DNA from: Octopus sinensis
Taxonomy: Eukaryota
DNA: 64,000 nucleotides
Direction of reading: 5' to 3'
Assembly: GCF_006345805.1 (NCBI RefSeq)
Contig: NC_042999.1
Span: forward strand, 3,782,001-3,846,000
Shown: one piece after another, positions 1 through 13,971 of the stretch
How the letters are laid out: each line of letters opens with the position of its first letter
How positions within the stretch are numbered: position 1 is the first letter of the stretch
The notes under the pieces: generated by a model
Told to the model about the DNA's origin: nothing
The model's database searches: none
Seen by the model: only the letters and a program-made list of their open reading frames with translations
Program-made: the position numbers and the translations under genes

Positions 1-405
1 GATTTCTAAAGCAGGATGTCCCCACTCCCATTCCCCAACATACAAACACAATTGTTTGTCTAGCTAATATTTATAAATACATAATAAGGAAGTGAGCCAA
101 ATGCCTAACGGCGTTTACTTTGTCTTTATGTTCTGGGTTCAAATTTCGCTGCAGTCAGCTTTACCTTTCATCTTTTTGGGTTCAAGAAAAATTACATACT
201 AGACAAGAACCAAGTTGACAGTATTGACAGACCCTCCAAAATTGCTGGCCTTGTGCCTAAATGAGGACCCATTTATGTTCTGAACTCAGATCATAAAGAG
301 CCAGAAGAAATTCTACAAAGAATTCTTTTTTCTTTTCTTTTTCTTTTTACTGCCCATTAACAATTCTGTTAATCAACGATCCTAATGATAATTCCTTCTA
401 CTATA

Positions 406-800
406 GGTGCTGGAGTGGCTGTGTGATAAGAAGCTTGCTTACCAACCACATGGTTCCAGGTTCAGTCTCATTGTGTGACACCTTGGGCAAGTATCTTCTA
501 TAGCCTCAGGCTGACCAAAACCTTGTGAATGGATTTGGTAGACGGAAACTGAAAGAAGCCCATCGTGTATATATATATGTGTGTGTGTGTGTGTGCATGA
601 GTGTCTGTATTTGTCCCACCAATATCGCTTGACAACTGATGCTGGTGTGTTTACGTCCCCGTAACTTAGCGGTCCAGCAAAAGAGACCGATAGAATAAGT
701 ACTAGGCTTACAAAGAATAAGTTCTGGGGTCGATTTGCTCAACTAAATGCAGAGCTCCAGCATGGCCACAGTCAAATGACTGAAACAAATAAAAGAATAT
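406..800 (+). mobile_element. tRNA-derived SINE family A, inserted into the tail of a family B SINE
   Basis: Head GGAGTGGCTGTGTG..TAAG / GGTTCAGTC (A/B-box-like), CORE-like CCTTGGGCAAGT, internal (TA)n(TG)n, tail CCAGCATGGCCACAGTCAAATGACTGAAAC. TATAGGT is duplicated at both ends. Confidence 0.9.
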
Positions 801-804
801 AGGT

Positions 805-1289
805 ACAAGGCCTGAAATTTGGTAAGAGGGTAGGGTCAAGTTGATTACACTGACCTCAGTGCTCAACTAGTATTTACTTTATTGACACCCTTCCAAAATA
901 TTGAAAGGCAATGTCAACCTGAGCTGGATTTGAACTCAGAATGTAAAGCTGGAAGAAATGGTAGTCAGCATTTTGCCCAGCGTGCTAATGATTCTGCCAG
1001 CTTAGTAGTAGTAGTAGTAGTAGTAGTATAGTAGTAGTAGTAGTAGTAGTAACGGTTTTGAATTTTGTCACATGGCCAACAAGTTTGGGAGCAGGGGAGG
1101 GTGGGGTGCTGGTCAGTTACATTGACCCCTACCCCCACCCAGTGCTCAGCCGGTACTCATTTCATTGACCCTGAAAAGATGAAAGGCAAAGTTGACCTTG
1201 GGGGCATTGGAACCCAGAATGTAAAGTGTGAAGATAAGCCGCTAAGCATTTTACCTGGCGTGCTAACGATTCTGCCAGCTCACCACCTT

Positions 1290-1320
<31 letters not shown>

Positions 1321-1545
1321 ATAATAATAATAATGATCCTTTCTACTATAAGCACAAGGCCTGAAATTTTGGGGGCAGGGGCCAGTCGATTACATTGACC
1401 CCCAGTGCTCAACTGGTTTATATTTCTTCGACCCCGGAAACATGAAAGGCAAAGTTGACCTCAATGGCATTTGAACTCAAAACATAAAGTGCCACTAATT
1501 ATTTTGCCCGGTGTGCTAACGATTCTGCCAGCACACCACCTTAAC
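805..1545 (-). mobile_element. Three head-to-tail family B SINEs separated by (TAG)n and (AAC/AAT)n tails
   Basis: Three decayed reverse-complement copies of GCTGGCAGAATCGTTAGCAC...GAGTTCAAAT...GACTTTGCCTTTCATCC...GGGGTCGAT...GGCCTTGTGC at ~805-1003, ~1053-1290 and ~1337-1545. Confidence 0.85.
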
Positions 1546-1577
1546 AATGATTATGATGACGATAATAATACTACTAC

Positions 1578-1608
<31 letters not shown>

Positions 1609-1699
1609 TAGCACTATGTGTATTTGATGGTGTTTAGAGATATATTTATGTAGGCGTGGCTGTTTTTAACTTGTCAGTATGTTTTAACTACTCCTACTG

Positions 1700-1733
1700 C
1701 TAATACTACAACTGTTGTCGTTGCTGCTGCTGT

Positions 1734-1773
<40 letters not shown>

Positions 1774-2253
1774 ATTGTAATTATGTATTGTTATTGTTGT
1801 TAATATAGATGCAATGTTTTTTTTTTGTTTTTTAAAATCTCACTTCTTAGCGTTGCTGTTATATAAGGTTGTCTATGCAGTTTTGTTGTCATACAGTATT
1901 TGCTGTAGTAGTAGTAGTAGCAGTAGTAGTAGTAGTAGTGGTGGTGGTGGTGGTGGTGGTGGTGGTGGTGGTGGTGGTTACTGTCATTGTAGAGAGTTGA
2001 TATCAGTGAGGTTGTCAATTTTAGTGTAACTGTTGTTGTTGCTGTTGTTGTTACTGCTAGTGATGATGATGATGACTACTTCACTTGGTACTGCTGTTAG
2101 TGTGTGGCTGGTTGGTTGATTGGTTGGTTGGTCGGTTGGTACTTTTATTATAGCGGAAACAGTATTAAATAGCATCACCATTGGCGAGTTCATGTTGTTA
2201 TTGTCATCGATGCTAGCAATATCAACAACCTTAGTACCAATCAGTAGTAGTAA

Positions 2254-2301
<48 letters not shown>

Positions 2302-2422
2302 ATGGTGTTGTTTAGGTTGTAGTATCTGTTTTGGTTGTAGAACACTAGCAATTGTAGCTAATGATGTTGTTGTACTATCATCAGTGAAAATAATATCAAA
2401 CTGTAGCAATAGCAGTAGTAAC

Positions 2423-2464
<42 letters not shown>

Positions 2465-3347
2465 TGCTGTTTTTGTTGTTGTTTGGTCACGGCTCGTGTA
2501 GCAGTACAGTGCTTGTACAACATGTGACTGTGTTAGTTACAGTTATTGCGGCAGTAACAGCAGCAAAAGTAGTAATAGTAGCAGCAGCAGCAGCAGTAGT
2601 AGTAGTAGTGTGGGGGATGCTAACAAGTGTAATTGCTGTTGTTGTTGTTGTTGTCGTTACAGTCATCTGTGTGGCATTGCAAACAGCAATACTGTAAAAC
2701 GTTAACAACTGCAGCCGTTGTTGTTGTTGTTGTTGTTGTTGTTGTTAAAGGTGAAATAGCAATAGAGAATAGTATTAACAGTTGAAAGTGAAATTGTTTT
2801 TGTTGTTATTGTTGTTGTTGTGGATGCTGTTGTTGTTGTGGAAGCTGTTGTTGTTGTCGTCGTTGAAGGTGAAATAGCGACAGTAAATAGTATAGAGGAG
2901 AGTGAATAAATTGTTGTTGTTGTTGTTATGGATGTTGTTGTTGTTGTTATGGATGTTGTTGTTGTTGTTATGGATGTTGTTGTTGTTGTTATGGATGTTG
3001 TTGTTGTTATGGATGCTGTTGTTGTTATGGATGTTGTTGTTGTTGTTATGGATGCAGTTGTTGTTATGGATGCAGTTGTTGTTATGGATGTTGTTGTTGT
3101 TGTTGTTATGGATGTTGTTGTTGTTGTTGTTATGAATATTGTTGTTGTTGTTATGGATGTTGTTGTTGTTGTTATGAATATTGTTGTTGTTGTTGTTATG
3201 GATGTTGTTGTTGTTGTTGTTGTCGTCGTTGAAGGTGAAATAGCGACAGTAAATAAAATACAGGAGAGTGAATAAATTGTTGTTGTTGTTGTTGCTATTG
3301 TTGTTGTTGTGGATGAAGTAGCAGTAGTAGTGATATTGACAGCCATA

Positions 3348-3387
<40 letters not shown>

Positions 3388-3594
3388 ATACATCAATAAC
3401 TAGAATATTCAGTTCAGAATCGCTCTTTCCTAAGCCACAGAACAGCATCGCAAAAATCAGTCATAGCAAACACTAAGACAGCTATAGTAGTGTTAGAAAT
3501 AACAACAACAACAACAACAACAACAGCGGCAGCAGCAGCAGCAGCAGTTGCAACAGCAGCAGCAGCAGTAGTTGAAAACAGCAGCAGCAGCTGC

Positions 3595-3632
<38 letters not shown>

Positions 3633-4640
3633 CAGCAGCAGCAGCAGTGGTAGTGCTGCTGAGTCGAATGAATGATACTAGCTGCTTGCCGCTGTTCAGT
3701 TGTGCCGGCCCAGCAATGAGGGATGCACTACAATAGCGCTGAATTAATATGTGTGTAGTTACAATACTACCAAAGTCGTTGCTTTCTCTCAACACAGCCC
3801 CTGCTGTTGTCACCACCCCCATCACTACCACCACCACCACCGCCAACGCCACTATAAACAACAACAACAACAACAACAACAAAAACAATAACAACAACAA
3901 TACCAACAATATTACTGGAAACGTCAATATTACCATCAAAACCACAGACACTGATAACGCAACCACCACCACCACCGACACCACCACCACCACCGGCAAC
4001 ACTACCACCACCACCTCTATAAACAACAACAACAACAACAACAACAATAACAACAACATCATCAATATTACTGGAAACATCAATATTACCATCAAAACCA
4101 TAGACACTGATAACACAACCACGACCACCGACACCACCACCATAACCACAACTACCTCTGCTAACCCCTCCTCTGTCACTGCCTCTTCTTCTTCCAGTAT
4201 CTTCCACCACCAACATAACAACAACAACAACAACAAAAACAACAGCAGCAGCAACAACAACAACAACATCGTCATCATCAATAGCATCGCAACTGGCACA
4301 CCTTCCCACACAAGCAACACAAACAGCTCGGACACGATCGCCAATGACACACGCTGGACAGATGCTCGGACACAACCACACGCATCATCATTTCTGCTGC
4401 AAATGTTGTTGTCGCCGTCGTTGTTGTTGTCGTCGTCGTCATCACTGCTGCCATCCTCTTCAGCATCATCTCCAACACCTATGTTAAAAACAAGCAAACC
4501 AACAGAACTGGCACCTACACTACCATTGTTTCCTGCTCCTCCTCTGGTAACACCTTATTGGACAATATACTTGACATCCTGCCACAACCACAACCATCAC
4601 AACTACAACCACCACCTCCACCTCCACCAACACTACTACT
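1700..4640. repeat. Compound trinucleotide-repeat field (GAT, AGT, GGT, GTT, GCA, AAC, ACC) with internal duplications
   Basis: Directly visible. GGTGAAATAGC... recurs at ~2750, ~2868 and ~3234, and AATATTACTGGAAAC...AATATTACCATCAAAACCA recurs at ~3908 and ~4064. Confidence 0.9.
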
Positions 4641-5975
4641 ACTTCCACCACAGTTTCCAGACTTTCTTATACTTTTCTTGTTTTTTCTTTATTCTACCCT
4701 ACAGGTTTATTATGCCGTTTATTATCGCAATATTTCATAAGTTACAAACAGTTGAATTTTAGAGAAAAATGTACAAAAAAGAAAAAAAATACTAATACTA
4801 ATTATAAAAACAACAAAAAAGAATACTACTACCACTAACAATAATAGTAATAATAATAGTACTAATAATTTTAAAAGCAAAACAACACCTATAACAACAA
4901 CAGGCTCAATAATATTTCAATGAATTGATGAAAAAGTGGAAAAGAAACTCCCTAGATAGGAATATAAAATATTTTTGTTTTCTCTGTTAAAAAAATGATA
5001 AATAACATTGAAAAGTGAAAAAAAAAAAAAAGAGATATAAAGCTTGACAAATTGATTGGATACAATCTGTTATTTTATTTTATTATTAATCCGATTCTGG
5101 CCTTGCTCCACATCCATCCAACTGGTGTTAAGAAAGTTGTAAAATAGTTCCTACCCAAAACAAATTCGAAACGAAACAAAGTTTATAAAATGGAATAATA
5201 GAATGAAAGATAAAAAGAGAGATATATTAAAAAAAATAATAATAAATTCTCTCAAAACTTGTAATATTGCTAGAAACCCTGGAACCTTGAGTTTAAAGTA
5301 ATTTAAAAAGTGAAAAAAAAAAATTATTTGCTGTTTTTTCTCACGAAAATCAGTCATTTTAAAGTTTCTTTTTCTTCATTTTATAATTTCTCTTTCTTTT
5401 AAATTATTCGACACTCTCGTCTTTTTCGTTATCTTTTGTTTCTCTTACAAATAATTTTTCAAATAATAAAAGGATGATTTTTCTCAATTTGTCCATCAGT
5501 ATTTTATGAAAAATTTTTTCATAAAAATTTTAAAACCAAGAAAACAGTGAAAAAAACAAAAAAAACAGGCTCTCTCTATAAGGAGAAACAATAGATCAAG
5601 TTGATACATTGATATTGAAGAGAAAAATAAAAGATAAAAATCTGTCCAGGGAAGTTATTCAAGTTTAACAGAAATTTTAATTTATTAATTTCCTTTTTTT
5701 ATTCTTCTTTAAAAACACAAATTCACATATTCCACCAAGCAAACACCTTTTCTCCTTTTTTCCCTGTCACACTGTCTTTTCTTTTGGCAGAAGTAAAAAA
5801 AAAAAAAAAAATTAAAGCCATGATGAGCAGAAGGTAAACAAATGTGAAAGAGGGAGGGAGGGAGACTGCAAAACTAGGAAGTGAGTGAGGTGGAAAAAGA
5901 GATAAAGAGGAAGAGAAAATACAGACATACAGAAAGAGAAAGAGTGAGAGAGTGAGCGAGGAAGAAAACAAGAGG

Positions 5976-6021
<46 letters not shown>

Positions 6022-6089
6022 GGGAGAAAGAACACTTGCTTCTTCCAACCAGCTAAAAGCAAGAAGAAACATATCCCTCGTAATAATAA

Positions 6090-6120
<31 letters not shown>

Positions 6121-6220
6121 AATAATAAGGCTCTTCTCTTTTGAAGTAAAAATTATATACATATATATAATTAAAAAAAAAAAACTGAACAAGTACTCCA
6201 TATGTGAACAAGGAATCACC
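3345..6220 (+). promoter_or_regulatory. Putative promoter and long 5'UTR upstream of the candidate exon
   Basis: No SINEs are recognisable from ~1600 to ~6700 in an otherwise SINE-dense window. There is a (CT)n tract at ~3350-3383, a locally CpG-rich patch with CCAAT at ~4270-4440, and (GA)n at ~5980-6017. Confidence 0.35.
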
Positions 6221-6330
6221 ATGTCAAGAAGACAGGCTTTTACCCTTAAACCTTTTGGCTTGGTTTTATTCCAAAGTCTACTTATATTTTCGGTCAGTGG
6301 ATTGAACGCTTCAGCAGATCTCAAGTCACT
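6221..6330 (+). CDS. Putative first coding exon of a secreted or membrane protein (signal peptide); the rest of the gene was not identified
   Basis: ATG in TCACC-ATG context at 6221 gives MSRRQAFTLKPFGLVLFQSLLIFSVSG-LNASADLKS(L). It has a basic N-region, a hydrophobic core, small residues at a plausible cleavage site and an NAS sequon. It ends at a canonical donor CT|GTAAGT (phase 2). The sequence is non-repetitive. Confidence 0.6.
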
Positions 6331-6734
6331 GTAAGTACCCGAGTACCCTTTTTTACCTTATCCACATTCTAACTGTCGTTATGCTATGATTATATATATA
6401 TACTAGTTGTAATTTTACTCGTATTCAATACATTTTCGCATTCACAATGCGATCTTTCTGTTTGGTGGGGGTGGGGGTGGGTATCTTTCTGTGTGTGTGT
6501 GTGTGTATCAGTTTGTGTATGTGTATCTGTTTGTGTGTATGTGGACTATATTTTTGTCACCTGTCATCTCTCTTCTCATTTTCTTGTTATTTAATATTTT
6601 TCATTTTTTTTTTCTTTTTTGTAAATTTCACTCCTTTTAACCTGGTTTTAATATTTCCTTGTTTCTAAACTATTTGAGGATCTACCCTCTTTCATGTGAT
6701 CTCTCATACAATAAACATTAATGTACCCATACAC

Positions 6735-7135
6735 ACAAGCTTTGGTATAAGAAGCTCACTTTGATATCACATGGCACTAGGTTCAATACCACAGTGCACT
6801 GCCTTAAGCAGTATCTTTCTCTGAAGCCTCAGGTTGACTTCTACTTCTTGCAAGTGAAATACAGTACATGGAAACTATAGAGAAGCCTGCTACATACACA
6901 TATTTGTGTGTTTGTGTGTTCCTGCCTGTGTTACATTTACACCTGTGAGAAAATAAAACACAGCATCATTCTGTATGTTTTATCCCTTTAGACCCTGTAA
7001 GATTAGCAGATCAACAAACAGATATCGATAAACACCAGACTGGAATAAGTAGCGTGGTTGATGTGATACACTAAAACCTTTACAACCAATGCTCCAGTAT
7101 GGTCACAGCCTAATGGCTGTAACTAGTAAACGGAA
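6735..7135 (+). mobile_element. Old, diverged family A SINE
   Basis: Degenerate head (GGTTCAATACCAC), internal TG tract and tail GCTCCAGTATGGTCACAG. Confidence 0.6.
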
Positions 7136-7265
7136 GAAAAACATGAAAGAATATATGAAGAAGTGTTTAAATTTTAGTGTAGGTGTGTATGTGAAGGTGT
7201 ATAGACACACCTGTGCACGTGTATGCCTTCACATATGTGTGAAGTGTATGTGTGTGTGTGTGTAG

Positions 7266-7520
7266 CATCATCATCATCATCATTATCATCATTTAACATC
7301 CGTTATCTATGCTGGCATGGGTTGGACAGTTTGACCAAGGCTGGCAAGCTGGAAGGTTGCACCAGACTCCAGTCTGATTTGACACGGGTTTTCTATGGCT
7401 GGATGCCCTTCCTAACACCAACCCCTCTCAGGGTGTAACGGGTGCTTTTATGGCATGGGCACCAGTTGCATGACACCAGTATCTGCCACAACTACGATTC
7501 TCTTGGCTCAGTGGGTCTTC
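7266..7520 (-). mobile_element. RTE-tailed element (family D), decayed
   Basis: (CAT)n TTTAACATCCG...ATGCTGGCATGGGTTGGAC...GGCTGGATGCCCTTCCTAAC, the same block as the other family D copies. Confidence 0.75.
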
Positions 7521-8552
7521 TACGCAAGCACGGCACTCACATAATTACTTTTAAACACCTCTCCTCCAATATATCTGTAAAACTCCATGCTCTTAAGCAC
7601 ATGCACAAACACACACACACACACACACACACATATATGATAGCAAACAAATTCAGTTCTTCTTGTCTCCTGGAAAACAGAAAATGAAACAGAAAGTGAA
7701 ACTAAATCAGAAACTTTGAAATAATCAAACATTTATGAAATTCTCATCTACTCAATTTTACTGAAATATTAATCTCAACAAATAAAGCAACTTTTCCCAT
7801 TCTTATAAACCTCATTTTCTAATCACAAAAATCAAACATTTCTCAAGGCTTAATTACCTCAAATATTTCGAGACAATCTCTGACATTTCCTCGGTATTTT
7901 GTCATTATGAATATTTCAAACAAACAATGATTCTTGAAAATAATCAAGATATCATATAAAATGGGGAGGAAAATTTGTATGAAATGAGTACAGTTTCACA
8001 ACGTAAAAACACATTCTGTCATACTGTCAATTAACAGAAAAAATGAAAAAAAAAAAAGAACTTGTAATACCTTTCCTTAATTTTACTTTTAAATAAAATA
8101 TTCTCTAATATATTCATGTACATATATACATACTTATGCACACACACGCTCATGCATACATACAGATACGCATATACAGTCGTGCACGCGCACACACACA
8201 CACATATTCAGTCAGCTGTAGGTGGCTTTCTGCTATCGTTTACAGTCAACCAAGACTTCTCTACTAACAAAATTTTAGATGAATTACTTGGTTATTGTCA
8301 TCAAATTATTCTTTCATAACCTTATATTGTTTTCTTTTCAGGTTTCTTGTGTAGACTGTCTTAAGCCACTTGTTGAAGTCTACACACACACTTGCACGTG
8401 TGTTTGTGTGTGTGTGTGTGCTGTGTGTATATAGAGAGATAGATAGATAAATAGATAGATAAAGAGAGAGAGAGAATAGTTGTGGTTATTCTAAAAATTA
8501 GAATACTTGCACGCACACAAACATATACATACACTCGCATAAGAATACACAC

Positions 8553-8594
<42 letters not shown>

Positions 8595-9327
8595 AGATAT
8601 GTATGTATGTATTTGTAAACGTCTATGTGAGAATGTCTATATACATGTGTGTGTGTGTGTATGTGTATGTATATATTTATGTGTTAGTGTGCGTGTGTGT
8701 GTGTTTGTGTGAATGTATATATATATACATATACATATATATATATATAAAAATCATCATTATGTATATACACACACACACACACATACCTATACACACA
8801 TGCACACGCACACACGACATACATGTGTGCTTGTGTATTGGTATATATATATATATATATATGTATGTATATATATACATATAAAATCATCATTATATAT
8901 ATATACATACACACACATACCTATACACACATACACACACAGATACACACAATCATGTTGATCATCATCATTATCATTTTCACATCCGCATTTGAAATTA
9001 GCATGGGTTGGATGAGACATTTCCAGGCATTGTTTTATGGCCAGAAGCTGTTCTCTACGCCTACACTTTTAGTCACCTCTTACAACACACAGGGAGACAG
9101 TGCACCTATTCTAAAAACCAAGACACACACATGCACACACGTGCATCTATGTATGCGTGTTTTGTGAGTGTGCATTATCGTGTCCATGAATATGTGTACC
9201 TGTGTATGTGTGTGCGTGGATATATATATATGAATATATATGAATATATAGACATCTCTATTACATATATATATGTATATATATACATACATATATATGA
9301 ATATATAGACATCTCTATATACACATA

Positions 9328-9374
<47 letters not shown>

Positions 9375-9473
9375 GAATATATATGACTATATAGACATCT
9401 CTATATACATATATATATGTATATATATATACATACATATATATGAATATATAGACATCTCTATATACACATA

Positions 9474-9512
<39 letters not shown>

Positions 9513-10062
9513 GCATGCACACAAATATATATATATAATACATACACATATACATATATATATGTGACTACACACACACATACAAAGATATAAAACTACA
9601 GGTGCAAACAAGAGATAGTAGAATGAACTACATGCTAAAAGTAGCATTATATAAATTATTGGAAAATGATACTTTGTAAATAGTTATTCTGAGTGCCTCA
9701 TTGCCGATCTTCAGGCGATTTTGAAAAATGGAATGTAAAATTTTGGTATATAATAAGTGTAGAGTGACAAGGTTTAAAAATTACGAAAGGATGCTGCATG
9801 GAAAATATGTAACAAAGAGAATCTTATTGGATAATGACATAAGTATTTTTTGAGAAATTAGAAATAGGAAATAAGTGGAGGGTGACACTGAGATGAGTAG
9901 TGATATGTTATAAAAGAATGGTGTTGTGAATGTAAGGATACATGTGCGTGGGGAGGGGTTTAAGTGTGTGTGTGTGCAAATGGAAAGTATGTATTAATGC
10001 AAAAAATGTAAAATGTTAAGAGTAAACTATATGTTATGCTATACATTTTATATGTGAAATAT

Positions 10063-10470
10063 AGGTGCAGGAGTGGCTGTATGGTAAGTAGCTTGTGTAC
10101 CAACCACATGGTTCCGGGTTCATTCCCACTGCGTGGCACCTTGGGCAAGTGTCTTTTTCTATAGCCTCAGGTCGATCAAAGCCTTGTGAGTGGATTTGGT
10201 AGACGGAAACTGAAAGAAGCCCATCGTGTATGTGTATGTGTGTGTGTGTGTATATTTCTGTGTCTGTGTTTGTCCCCCCTCCCCATCTCAACGTTGCTTG
10301 ACAACCAATGCTGGTGTGATTACATCCCCGTAACTTAGCAGTTTGACAAAAGAGACATAGAATAAGTACTAGGCTTACAAAGAATAAGACCTGGGGTCAA
10401 TTCGTTTGGCTAAAGCTGGGGCTCCAGCATGGCCACAGTCAAATGACTGAAACAAATAAAAGAATAAAAA
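10063..10470 (+). mobile_element. Family A SINE
   Basis: Full head, microsatellite and tail. Confidence 0.9.
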
Positions 10471-10762
10471 AAGCATATATATCTGTCATCATCATCATAT
10501 ATATATATATATATATATTATACATACCATACATATGATATATATAGATATAGATACACACACACACATATACACAGGCATACATAGATAATACTTATAT
10601 TTGTAATACATATATAAATATTTGTGCATGTATATATATAAAAATTAAACAGCTGGATCGTTATTTTATGTGTATATATATATGTACGTGTATATGTTGC
10701 ACACATATGTGTAGCTATGTATATATATATATATACACACGCACACATACATGTGCATATAC

Positions 10763-10805
<43 letters not shown>

Positions 10806-11051
10806 CACAGACACACACACACATACATATATATATGCATATAAATTAACAATACAGCTGTTTAATTAAAATATTAAAACTGTTGACACTTCAATCTCCA
10901 TTCAGTTTAAATTTTTTTTTTTTTTTTAACATTCATCCAAGATATTGCCGTGTTTCAGCATTCTTAACAACTTCATATCTTTATTCCACTTAGCTAGCAA
11001 CAACCTTTCTATTGACAAACCCAATACGCATCTCTCTCTCTCTCTCTTTCT

Positions 11052-11103
<52 letters not shown>

Positions 11104-11358
11104 TACACGCTTTAATATACCTGTTGCTATTCAAAGCATTTATCTAGCTTATCTCTTCAATATACCTGTTGCTGATATATGCATAGTTACAGCACACCTG
11201 AAGCTGCTGCTTTCAACGTAAATCAAATGAACCTAATAGATCTTTTGAAAATAAAACGTGCAATGCAGGGAAAAAAAATGAAGCAAAGCAGAAAAAATAT
11301 ATATTATATCATTTTATATTATATTATATATATATATATATATTATATATTATATATA

Positions 11359-11397
<39 letters not shown>

Positions 11398-12204
11398 TAA
11401 ATTTATATGCTGACACGAATACATATCTGTATTCATACAGACATATATATATGCATATGTGTGTGTGTATAAGCACATGTGCAAGCACACACACACATGC
11501 ACACACAGACACACATATTCATGCACACATGAACCAAAATTCACAATGCAATAATTGATTTTTTTTTCTTCATTCGCCCCCCCCCCCCCCACTCCATAAG
11601 TTTACGAGATGCGTTGCAAAAGCAATAGAAAGAACTGGAGAATTGTAAGAGAGGAATATCTTTCTAAACCGATCACTTTCCAGCCTTAGAAATGTAATCA
11701 CAACTTATATTGCCACTTAAATATGAACTTTGTATTTTTTTTTTTACTGTTCACCATGATTTTATCTACTTTGTTTTGTTGGATTTTTTTTTTTGATTTT
11801 TTTTCTTTTATAGATAGATTTTACTTCAAATATCAAAATTTTTTTCAAAGTTGATCGCTTTCTGATTTTTCTAGTATTTTTGTTTTAGGGATTTTTTTTT
11901 TTTCCTGTTTTGCTATTTTAGGGTATTTTATTCCAGAAGATAGGGACCAGTTTTTAATATTTATTCTTGAAAATATCCTTGGTTCATTATTTTTTAAATG
12001 AGTGATGATAGATAATAATGACGATAAAATAAGTATAATAAATTAACTGAACTCAAATACACACAAGCATGCATGCTCATAATTTGTGGCTGTGTTTCCA
12101 CATGCATACATGTATCACATGTAGCAAAGTGAGAGAAATATTGGTATACACATAGAACAAAAATTCAATATTACTATAAACCCACACACACACATATATA
12201 TATA

Positions 12205-12605
12205 GGCGCAGGTATGGTTGTGTGATAAGAAGTTTGTTTCCCAACCACATGGTTCTGAGTTCAATCTCACTGCATGGCACAATGGGCAAGGCAAGTGTCT
12301 TCTACTCTAGCTTCAGGTCTACCAAAGCCTTGCGTTGATGGAAATTGAAAGAAGCCCATCATATATACATACATGTGTTGTGTGTGTGTGTGTCTGTATA
12401 TATCCCCAAATATTGCTTGACAACCGGTGTTGGTATGTTTACATCCCCCTGATTTAGTGGTTTGGTAAAAGAGACTGATAGAATAAGTATCAGACTTAAA
12501 AAAAAAAAGAGAACTGGAGTTGATCTATTTAAATAAAAATTCAAGGCAGTGCCCCAGCATGGCCACAGTCTAATGACTGGAACAAGAAAAAGATAAAAGA
12601 TAAAA
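12205..12605 (+). mobile_element. Family A SINE (diverged)
   Basis: GGCGCAGGTATGGTTGTGTG head through to the CCCCAGCATGGCCACAGTC tail. Confidence 0.8.
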
Positions 12606-12625
12606 CACTCACACACTTTATATAT

Positions 12626-12660
<35 letters not shown>

Positions 12661-12665
12661 ATAAA

Positions 12666-12712
<47 letters not shown>

Positions 12713-12985
12713 GTATATGTACATACTAACATACATGTACGTATGTGCGATAGATTGAGGCATTTTTAGACATCAAACTAATCCATCACTTTCTAGCCTA
12801 TTCTAAAGCTTATTCTCGTTTGCAGACATCATACAGCATTCTGCTTTTCTTCTCCAAAGCTCTTTCACTAAAAAAGAGTGTTCAATACAAATAGATCAGC
12901 ACTTAGTTAACTTTAGTATTATCTCGTTCTATACCGTTTCTCTATTTACACACATACAAATGTCCAATATTTATACACACTCACA

Positions 12986-13023
<38 letters not shown>

Positions 13024-13216
13024 CACACAGACACACACATACTCAAACATATACACATATAAACACACTATTTTAGAGATACTTATACAAGTACACACAC
13101 GTATCAGTACAGATATACACATAAATACACCCTATATATATTTATACACTTTCACACACACTTTATATATATATATGTATATGTGTGTGTGTGTGTGTGT
13201 GTATTGTGTGTATGTA

Positions 13217-13249
<33 letters not shown>

Positions 13250-13971
13250 GTCATCATCCTCATCATCACGGACGTTGATGATGATGATGATGATAATATA
13301 TATATACACATGCATACATACACACAATATATATACACATATACATACACACACTACACACACATGCACAATTATATAGATATGTATTCATTTGAATGCA
13401 CACATGACATACATGAATATATACACAATGTATTTGAGTACATGCACACAGATGCAAATGTGTTTGCATTTGTGTGTATGGGTGTGTTTTTGAGTGTGAA
13501 TGTGTGTGTATATGTCTCCGTGGAAACACAGGTACATACAAAATATGAGCGTACACATGCATACACAGATGTATTGATTGCTTCTCTAACAGCAAGACCA
13601 TTCATCAATGTATCGTTTTTGGTGTGCCTCGGATAAAACGGATTTCCCACAATGACATGAGGTCATGCATTTGTCAAGGGAGGACACAGCTAAGATCTGA
13701 GGACTTGCATGGTACTCTTTTTTTTTGTATTGACCCTAAAGGAATGAAATGTCAAAGTCAATCCAATAAAGTTTTGATTCAGAATCTAGAAAGATCTAAT
13801 GAGAAGTCATAAAGTGCTTTTAGTTCTGTCAAACACTCACGTATATATAAAAACTACAACGGTTATAGTTGACATTTGCAAATGTATATGACATGGTAGC
13901 AAGTACACTAATTGTTTAAATTGCCCGTGTAGTCATGAACTGATATAGGTATCCTCTTAACCTCTCCTCTC

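Noticed and set aside
3493-4762. Long ORFs of 334 and 337 aa on opposite strands, plus neighbouring ORFs at 1984-3346
   Set aside because: They are homopolymeric translations of triplet repeats, open in several frames on both strands, with no recognisable domain.
8330-8365. Strong-looking splice acceptor TTTTCTTTTCAG as exon 2
   Set aside because: In the phase set by exon 1 it reaches TAG after four codons.
8116-13650. Many Y/I/H/T/C/V-rich ORFs
   Set aside because: They are read-throughs of (TA)n, (CA)n and (TG)n microsatellites.
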